Assembly (NCBI GenBank): GCA_043826455.1
Contig: JBDRQD010000032.1
Coordinates: 1 to 15,174, forward strand
Reading direction: 5' to 3'
Origin: Candidatus Bathyarchaeota archaeon
Lineage (GTDB): Archaea > Thermoproteota > Bathyarchaeia > TCS64
DNA length: 15,174 nucleotides
Shown: piece after piece, positions 7,084 through 13,515 of the stretch
How positions within the stretch are numbered: position 1 is the first letter of the stretch
Layout: the number at the start of each line of letters is the position of its first letter
Notes under the pieces: model-generated
Told to the model about the DNA's origin: nothing
The model's input: the letters and a program-made list of their open reading frames with translations, nothing else
Database searches by the model: none
Position numbers and translations under genes: made by a program

Positions 7084-7899
7084 ATGACTCCAGAAAATCC
7101 ACGCGTGAGTGGTGATACTGAAGCCAAGCTACGGTTCACACGAGACACGCTGAACCAGTTCCACACAGTAGAGGACGTGGCCATGTTCTCCACGGCCATA
7201 CTGCACTCCATCATACCCACCGACAAGGTCGCCCTTGCAGTCGTCGAGGGCAACATCCTGAAGTCTGTGAGCACCATCGGCAGGCGGGTGATCATGGACC
7301 TGAGCCTGGACCAGCCCAGCATAAACGGCCGAGCCGTCAGGACCGGGCAGACCCAGCTTGTGAACGATACGCGGGAGGACCCCGACTACTTCCCGGGGGA
7401 CGGCGGCGACAGCTTCACCATGCTGTCCGAGCTGTGCGTACCGTTGATCCATGAGGGAGAGGCCCTGGGAACCATCAACTTCGAGAGCAAGACGCTTGGG
7501 CGCTTCACCAGTGAAGAAGCCGAGGCCGCCGAGGCCTTCGCGGGGGAGATCTCCGACGCCCTGCACCGTGTGCTGGGCGACGAACAGGCGAAGGGAGGAC
7601 AAGTATGCTACCTGACTGGGACCCGCTCCACGCTGGACAGGTACTATGATGTTCTGAGGGTCGTATACGATGGCGAGTCCGTGATGAACAAGATTCTGAA
7701 CAGGACTGCGATCCAGTGGATGCCGGGGAAGCAGCTGATAGACGACCTCGTGCACAAGGGGTACCTTGAGAAGAAGAATGTATCAGCCTCCAGGTACGCC
7801 TACAGGATGACCGAGGAGGGCGTCAAGGCCCTGAAGACCTACGAGGACATCGTCGAGAACCTCGGCAAACAGCGTCTCCAAACCCATTCAATCACATGA
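7084..7899 (+). CDS. GAF sensor domain + C-terminal archaeal winged-helix regulator
   Basis: GAF motifs GRAVRTGQTQLVNDTREDPDY, SELCVPL and GTINFES....FT.EE. The C-terminal R..LD.YYDVL...L..KGYL...Y.MTEEG..AL resembles archaeal HTH_45-type wHTH. Confidence 0.8.
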   Translation: MTPENPRVSGDTEAKLRFTRDTLNQFHTVEDVAMFSTAILHSIIPTDKVALAVVEGNILKSVSTIGRRVIMDLSLDQPSINGRAVRTGQTQLVNDTREDPDYFPGDGGDSFTMLSELCVPLIHEGEALGTINFESKTLGRFTSEEAEAAEAFAGEISDALHRVLGDEQAKGGQVCYLTGTRSTLDRYYDVLRVVYDGESVMNKILNRTAIQWMPGKQLIDDLVHKGYLEKKNVSASRYAYRMTEEGVKALKTYEDIVENLGKQRLQTHSIT

Positions 7900-7912
7900 A
7901 ATAGGTGAGCCG

Positions 7913-8638
7913 CTACAACATGGCCGGCTCAGAGCACAGCACGTTGAGGCCTCCCCCCGTGACCACGTACCGCCTCGGCTCCTCGTCGTAGCCTATCCCG
8001 CGCATCTTATCGATCCTAAGAGTCTTGACGAGCTGAAATCCCAGCAGATCCCTCTGCATGCATATGACTCCGTCCGAGAGGAAGCTCTCAGAGTAGACGG
8101 CGTCGTCTCTGGGCAGGTCCTCAGACGTGATCAGGGCCGAGCAGCCCAAGCCCCGTATGGACTCGTAGAGCGTGTGCACCGTGTACCGCTTCCTCTGCGA
8201 GTTATTCTCATGAACCAGAATGCTGGTAAGCGGATCAAGGACGATGTGCCTGGCCTTGACTCTATGGGCGGCCTCGGCTATCTGGCTCTCTATGGTGAAG
8301 CTGAGCTCCCCGCTGGCCCTCTCAACGAGCTCGACGGCGCTGCCTCGGGGGACAAACTGGTAGTCCAGAATAGCTAGGAGCCCATCTTTCTCAGCAGCCT
8401 CCAGGTCCCAACCGAAGGCTCTCGCATAAGCCTTTTTCTTATGCATGGGCTCCTCGAGGCTCACGTAGACGCACGGCTCGCCTCTTCATAGGGCTGCGTC
8501 CATGTACTGGAGGGAGAGGATGGTCTTGCCTGACCCGGGGCCACCACACACAAGGACGATGCTCATGGCTGGGAACCCGCCGCACAGCATCTCGTCCAGG
8601 CCCTGAACCCCCGGTACTCTAGGTAGTGGTTTAACCAA
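7913..8638 (-). pseudogene. KaiC/RAD55-like RecA-fold ATPase interrupted by an in-frame TGA
   Basis: From TTG 8638 the frame reads VKPLPRVPGVQGLDEMLCGGFPAMSIVLVCGGPGSGKTILSLQYMDAAL*RGEPCVYVSLEE...VLDPLT...SDGVI...LRIDKMRG. The stop is at 8486-8488, in the same frame as ORF 7913..8464. Confidence 0.88.
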
Positions 8639-8810
8639 GCTAGGCTCATCTCCATTAGAGTAATATTAATTTAAACTTTTAAGGTGTGACGTATTCTTGG
8701 AAGTATCCTCAAAACACGTTTACCGCCCCTTGGATAATTGAGCCTACACTGGAATTAGACCAGTCGTTCATAAAGCATAATTAACCTACCCGAGACAATA
8801 TCCGTGTACG

Positions 8811-9038
8811 ATGTTCTGGCTTAACGCCGACACCCCCACACGGATATGGAAGCTCCACCGAGAGGGCTGCCTCTTCTGCAGGCCCCATGAGTCCAGGGCT
8901 AAGGGCCTAGGCGCCATGAGGGGCTCCGGCGGCTGGTTCAGCTTCAAGACCCTTGAGGAGGCCCATGTGTTCTACGAAAGCCAATCAGAGCGCTACATCT
9001 GGCAGCCATGCAAAATATGTAAACCGGATCAAACATGA
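8811..9038 (+). CDS. Small putative zinc-binding protein
   Basis: HREGCLFC ... PCKICKP gives an H-x3-C ... CxxC arrangement reminiscent of Ada-type metal-binding domains. Confidence 0.6.
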   Translation: MFWLNADTPTRIWKLHREGCLFCRPHESRAKGLGAMRGSGGWFSFKTLEEAHVFYESQSERYIWQPCKICKPDQT

Positions 9039-9222
9039 CTTTTCAGTACCAAAATAATACGAGTTGAACCGTAAGTTCGCTTAACGATGAAAAACAAGGT
9101 AATTAGGATAGGCTGAAAGGTTATTGTAAGTCCTGCACCACAATTGCAGTGATCGTTATGTTACGTCCAGGCTTATATGAAAAAATTAATAAACGTTATA
9201 GATCATGATTCGAATGGTTTAC

Positions 9223-9909
9223 ATGAAGACCAAGAAAACACTTCTAGTCCTACTGGCTCTGACTTTACTGGCTTTACCTATCGTCAACGCCGCTCCCAAG
9301 AAAAGCTACAACACCATCACTGAAGGCGAGATACTCTACAGTACAGGCCACTACTTGGCTGGGCAGCCTATACCCACCGGCTTTGACCCCTATGGGTACA
9401 ACTACCAGGGGCACCTCTTCAAAGGAAGCTATTTCAACGCATACTCAGGTGGAGCGGGGTTCCCGCCTTACGAAGGTGACGATGAAGCCTACCTAGAAGC
9501 TAACCCTGGCGCCGCTAGTCACTGGGCCTGGCCATATAGGGATATACCGCTTATGATGAAGTGGAACGACGCCTGGCTTAGCAACATGGATAGAGACGGC
9601 GATGGTAGCCTAGACAGGTATTATGGGTTCCTGAGCTACATAGGCTCCGGCGCTTGGTTGACTAACCACATGTGGGGCGAGAATGAAGACGGCACCAACT
9701 GGAACTACTTCTGTAAGATAGTTGCTGCCCCAGCTGACGCATGCGTTGATTCAGGCTACTGGTATCTATCAGATGGTACAGAGATGGGTGAAGTCATTTG
9801 GGGCTCATTCGCTATAATATTCCAAGTTTCCAATGATCCCTCTCTAGGTGAGCATGGAGTCCTATACAACCCGCCGTCACCAACTGGCTTTGGCTACTAC
9901 AAACCCTAA
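9223..9909 (+). CDS. Secreted hypothetical protein with a DxDxDG motif
   Basis: Signal peptide MKTKKTLLVLLALTLLALPIVNA|A. Gly/Tyr/Trp-rich. Contains a DRDGDGSLD loop. Confidence 0.8.
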   Translation: MKTKKTLLVLLALTLLALPIVNAAPKKSYNTITEGEILYSTGHYLAGQPIPTGFDPYGYNYQGHLFKGSYFNAYSGGAGFPPYEGDDEAYLEANPGAASHWAWPYRDIPLMMKWNDAWLSNMDRDGDGSLDRYYGFLSYIGSGAWLTNHMWGENEDGTNWNYFCKIVAAPADACVDSGYWYLSDGTEMGEVIWGSFAIIFQVSNDPSLGEHGVLYNPPSPTGFGYYKP

Positions 9910-9917
9910 TTTTTTTT
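9910..9917 (+). terminator. Archaeal oligo-T terminator
   Basis: T8 tract immediately after the TAA of the secreted protein gene. Confidence 0.5.
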
Positions 9918-10052
9918 AGTGCGGTTGCAGGTTGTGCAATGTATGTAAAATAGATCAAGTGTAATCAGTCAAATTACACATGCTTTTTAACTTGTATAGC
10001 CTTCTCTATAAAGCCTTTAAACTGACCACGCTGTTGGACAATCGGCTCCTTA

Positions 10053-10349
10053 ATGAGACCGAAAAATAGCTGTGAAATTTCAATCGACGACCTATCACCC
10101 ATTAAATTTCAACACGGGTCCTTCGATTACGAAAAAGAAGGAAAAAAGCTCACCTTCAGCAGCCCTTATCCAAGTGGAGGCGGATGCTACCTAGTCACCC
10201 TCAACGACACCATCAAGTACGTCGGAGAGACAGTTGACTTCAAGAGGAGAATAAGAAACTTCCTTACCCCCGGAAACAGGAAAACCGCGAAGAGAGTGCA
10301 CGAGAACATGGTCATGAGCCTGTACGAGACCTTTCTAGGCTTCACATAA
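10053..10349 (+). CDS. Minimal, possibly truncated GIY-YIG nuclease-domain protein
   Basis: GCYLV....IKYVGETVDFKRRI matches GIY...YIG.T....R with the conserved Arg. The later catalytic Glu helix is not clearly identifiable. Confidence 0.6.
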   Translation: MRPKNSCEISIDDLSPIKFQHGSFDYEKEGKKLTFSSPYPSGGGCYLVTLNDTIKYVGETVDFKRRIRNFLTPGNRKTAKRVHENMVMSLYETFLGFT

Positions 10350-10423
10350 AACAACTTGTATCTTCACTTAATGAGACAATAATTCATATTGTAACCAGAA
10401 CACAGGATCCATGTTTTAATGGC

Positions 10424-10954
10424 CTAGTCTTTTACTCCTCGCTCATAGTAGTTGATCACCAGGCAGACCCGGTAATCATCATACGAGACTCCGATATCCA
10501 CTGAGTTAAACCCGACACCCAACAGCAGCTCCCTGTCAGATTCACTGGACATAAGACCACTCACCAGCAGATTAATAACCACCAGGTCAACCGAGTCCCC
10601 GTTGTAGCTGGCCAACATTATGGTCTCCGCTGCATCGTACGGGAGATCCTTGTTGTGGAATATCTCATTTATTTCCAGCACAGCCTGAGAGTGCCTCTCA
10701 GCCATCCCCGTTTCTCTGTACTGAAGTTTGGGTATGTTCTCGCGCCACCTTTCAACGTTAATAAGCCCATAGACATTGTATCTTATTTCCTGGTTACGGT
10801 CGCTTGACGCTGCCATGCTGGATGTCTGCATGGTGGTGGTCTCGAGAGCCATGGTGTAGACGACGCTGAGGGCGAATACGGTGATCAGCCCGGCTAAAAT
10901 CGTGATTCTTGAACTGCCTCTTTTCTTTTGCTCAGTTCTTTCGCGTCTTTTCAA
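10424..10954 (-). CDS. Membrane-anchored CAP/SCP-like domain protein (divergent)
   Basis: Basic N-terminus and a TM helix, then LINVER..ENIP.L, AERHS, FH, AET, S..DRELLL...FNSVDIGV, paralleling the CAP consensus. Confidence 0.65.
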   Translation of the reverse strand: MKRRERTEQKKRGSSRITILAGLITVFALSVVYTMALETTTMQTSSMAASSDRNQEIRYNVYGLINVERWRENIPKLQYRETGMAERHSQAVLEINEIFHNKDLPYDAAETIMLASYNGDSVDLVVINLLVSGLMSSESDRELLLGVGFNSVDIGVSYDDYRVCLVINYYERGVKD

Positions 10955-11121
10955 GAACTCACAAGCATAGCCTTATGTTTATAAAAACGTTCATAACTAT
11001 ATAAGATAACTACATCAATCCCATTACCCTCCTCTATATTCGTTGCTCTGCTCTCATGGTCTGTATTTTAGTGCCGTGGAAGAGGAGAAGGCCAGGAGCC
11101 TCCTGAGAGAAGGTACAAGTC

Positions 11122-11481
11122 CTACAGGAGGCTGTCTGTCTTCGCGGCGGCGAGGCGCTCCTTGAACTGCTAGATGGTGCTGTAGTCGAGCGGCTGCCCC
11201 GGGAACCCGAAGAACCGCTGGACGCTGATCCTGTCTGCCACCTGCCTCTGCAGCTCTGGGTCGCTGAGGCCGTACCAAGCTTGTAGCACCAGCAGCTTCA
11301 TCATCACCACCGGGTCGGTGTTGGGTCTGCCTCCCCTGTGGGTGTCTTTGGTGTACATGGGTTTGATGATGGGTCTGAACCGTTCCCAGTCTAATTGTTT
11401 CTCTGCTGAGGCGAGTCTGTCGCCGTTTCGGGATGTTTTCACGTACAGCTTCCTGAGGAGGTAGGAGTCAAAGGAGTCCAT
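11122..11481 (-). pseudogene. IS5-family transposase N-terminal remnant (InsH N-term/DUF772-like)
   Basis: DWERFRP, GGRPNTDPVVMMKLLVLQAWYGLSDPEL, DRISVQRFFG and DYSTI*QFKERL...LL*. TAG stops at 11170-11172 and 11122-11124, after which similarity is lost. Confidence 0.9.
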
Positions 11482-11539
11482 ATGATGACTGGGTTAGCGT
11501 GATCTATAAACCTAACCGAGGGAGAGTAAGCAAAAACTA

Positions 11540-11557
11540 GAGGTTAATCAAAATCCT
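11540..11557 (-). mobile_element. Candidate left terminal inverted repeat of the IS5 remnant
   Basis: Minus strand AGGATTTTGATTAACCTC, flanked by TAA, lies about 60 bp upstream of the transposase ATG and its TTTATA box. No partner IR was found. Confidence 0.3.
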
Positions 11558-11577
11558 TTACTATACAATAAGGGGAC

Positions 11578-12105
11578 TTAATTAGGAAGGGCTTTTGCAG
11601 CGGGTGTTAGTCTGTATCCTTGAGTTTCTGAGCCAGTGATTTTTGGAGTTATATCTATGAGCAGGCTACTTGTCTGTCCAGCGTTGATGGTTACGCCTCC
11701 CTGTATTATGGCTATATTGAGTTTCCCGCTTGCTACCGAAGCTGTATAGTTCGCACCGTTGATCGTGACTACTGCTTCCATAATCTCAAATCTGACGAGG
11801 TTGTATTTCCCCGCTTGCAGACTCTTTGTGCCTAGAGTCTTTGAACTGTTAAGAGTATCAGTGAGGTCCATCCATGCCTCGCTGTCGACTGCTTTGATCC
11901 ATCCTGTCTGGTTTCCGGCGTCGGCTCTATGGATATCGACTGAACTGTACTTTATGTAGACATTGGTGGCTTGACCCCAATCACGTGGGGGGTCTGTCAT
12001 CTCCACCACCAGTGTTCCATTTCCGAAGGTTCTGTACCCCAGGAATGCTCCTATTAGGACAACGACCGCTGTCGCGACTAAGATTAGTTTTTTATTTTGC
12101 TCCAT
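11578..12105 (-). CDS. DUF4382-domain membrane-anchored/surface protein
   Basis: N-terminal TM helix, then GTLVVEMTDPP, VDIH, AGKYNLVRFEI, VASGKLNI and LLIDI, typical of DUF4382. Confidence 0.75.
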   Translation of the reverse strand: MEQNKKLILVATAVVVLIGAFLGYRTFGNGTLVVEMTDPPRDWGQATNVYIKYSSVDIHRADAGNQTGWIKAVDSEAWMDLTDTLNSSKTLGTKSLQAGKYNLVRFEIMEAVVTINGANYTASVASGKLNIAIIQGGVTINAGQTSSLLIDITPKITGSETQGYRLTPAAKALPN

Positions 12106-12278
12106 CTTGTTTAGTATTGTATAGACGTCTCTTATAAGGGGCATCTTGGAACGATGAGTCCAGCATGTCTCGTTTGGGCATTATGGGGCTGTTCTCGACA
12201 AAAGCAGGTTGAGTGGGTGTGTGGGGTCGGAAAGGCAGAGCTTCTTCTACTACTACTTAACCTCCTTAAACCCTTTAA

Positions 12279-12437
12279 TCATGACAGCGGATGACCCCTG
12301 ACACCACGAAGCATCGTCGCATCAAACCCACGAGGCTTGACATCGAAGTACCCCTTATCCCGGTAAACCACCTCGCCGGGCAGAGACAGGTCCACGCGGC
12401 TGTCGTGGACACTGGCCGTGGTCGCCTCCAGGCTCAT
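12279..12437 (-). pseudogene. IS5-family transposase internal (DDE region) remnant
   Basis: Not in the ORF track (52 aa): MSLEATTASVHDSRVDLSLPGEVVYRDKGYFDVKPRGFDATMLRGVRGHPLS*, with T.ASVHDS and YRDKGY typical of archaeal IS5 transposases. Confidence 0.85.
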
Positions 12438-12676
12438 AACTTTAACATCTCTCCTTGTTCGACTCTGACGACGTTCTCGAAGTAGTTTGTGAGGTGGCCT
12501 GGGTGCTCTGTGTGGATGGGCACTATCTTCTTCGGGTTTATTGTCTTAATCATCTCTATGATCTCTGTGCCTGAGGCGTGCCCCGACGCGTGAAGCCCGT
12601 CGTCCCCAGTTCTCCCATACTGTTTGAGGCCGAAGAGGCCTAGCCAGTTATCGATCCTCCTTGCATCCAGCTCCAT
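12434..12676 (-). pseudogene. C-terminal fragment of an MBL-fold / beta-CASP (RNase J-like) hydrolase
   Basis: LHASGHAS..EI..MI..INPKKIVPIHTEHP is the RNA-metabolising MBL C-terminal motif. The N-terminal HxHxDH region is absent. Confidence 0.8.
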
Positions 12677-12687
12677 CTTGCGCGCGC

Positions 12688-12954
12688 GCCATACTGAAGC
12701 TCTACGGCATGGAGGACAAGGCGAGCGGCGAAGAGGAGAGTCGGTTAGCCCCTAGGCGGTGCCCAAGGTGCAAGGAGATGAATCCATCGGGGTCCAAGTA
12801 CTGCTCCCGTTGCAGCCTGCCTCTGGACATGGAGACCGTTGAGCTGGAGCAAGAGGTGCGGGGAGAGGTAGACCGGGGCATGGATCTACTTTTCAGCGAC
12901 CCAGAGTTCAGAGACTACGTGGCCAGGAAACTGATGGAGCTAAAACCAGCCTAA
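12688..12954 (+). pseudogene. C-terminal zinc-ribbon remnant of an archaeal tyrosine integrase
   Basis: AILKLYG...LAPRRCPRCKEMNPSGSKYCSRCSLPL is the tail that follows the catalytic Tyr in many archaeal integrases. It ends 69 bp before the second att core. Confidence 0.7.
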
Positions 12955-13023
12955 CCAAGTAGGGATGCCAAATTGCGTTCCTGGCACGAATCGAAAAACA
13001 AAGTGTGAATAGTTTATCAAAAA

Positions 13024-13048
13024 GTACAGAGAGTGGGATTCGAACCCA
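13024..13048 (-). mobile_element. att-like site: tRNA 3'-end fragment, copy 2
   Basis: GTACAGAGAGTGGGATTCGAACCCA is 23/25 identical to 2038-2062, with a 20-bp perfect core at 13029-13048 = 2043-2062. Confidence 0.8.
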
Positions 13049-13114
13049 TGGAAATGGTGAAGTGACCCGTCAAACTCTCTCCTTTTTTCACTCTAGCATC
13101 TTTGGCTAGTCTGC

Positions 13115-13459
13115 TTGCGCGGGCCTTTCATCCCTCAGAGTTGGTTATCCAGGCAGTGGAATGAGATTCATGGCGCTCCAATCGTAGATATCCGGGTATT
13201 ATATGGAGACCGAGGAATAGCTTCCTATTTATTGGGTTATCTTGGGCATCATTTAGAATATCATATGGGTTTCTCAAGACATTGGGTGTTTCCTGGATTC
13301 GTCCGTGAGTGGACCAGGATAAAGCGATACTATCTTAGATCCTTCTATTTTTATGGCTGTTCGTTTAGACAAGCAATGGCTTCTGCGGTTTTTCATTTAA
13401 AGCAGTTACTGTATTGGGTGGCTATGGACCCATTTTATCCTGATGGTCTGTGCATGTGA
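13115..13459 (+). pseudogene. Probable C-terminal fragment of a rolling-circle (HUH) replication initiator
   Basis: RGPFIPQSWLSRQW..IHGAPIVDIR......IASYLLGYL resembles the region after motif 2 through the YxxxY motif 3 of archaeal RCR Reps. An in-frame TAG at 13094 cuts the 5' part. Confidence 0.5.
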
Positions 13460-13515
13460 ATCAATATGACATTTATACCAAATAATTAAAATAAAAAGAA
13501 AAAACATATTTACAT

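Noticed and set aside
6698..7087. ORFs 6698..7087 (+) and 6880..7062 (-) in the tenA-GAF interval
   Set aside because: They overlap real genes or promoter-like AT-rich DNA and have no recognisable motifs.
8486..8488. Selenocysteine recoding of the TGA in the KaiC-like gene
   Set aside because: The position is a variable helix end (typically K/R/E before GE), not a Cys site, and I saw no SECIS-like hairpin.
12291..12485. 64-aa plus-strand ORF
   Set aside because: It is antisense to the IS5 DDE fragment and the MBL tail, which explain the sequence.
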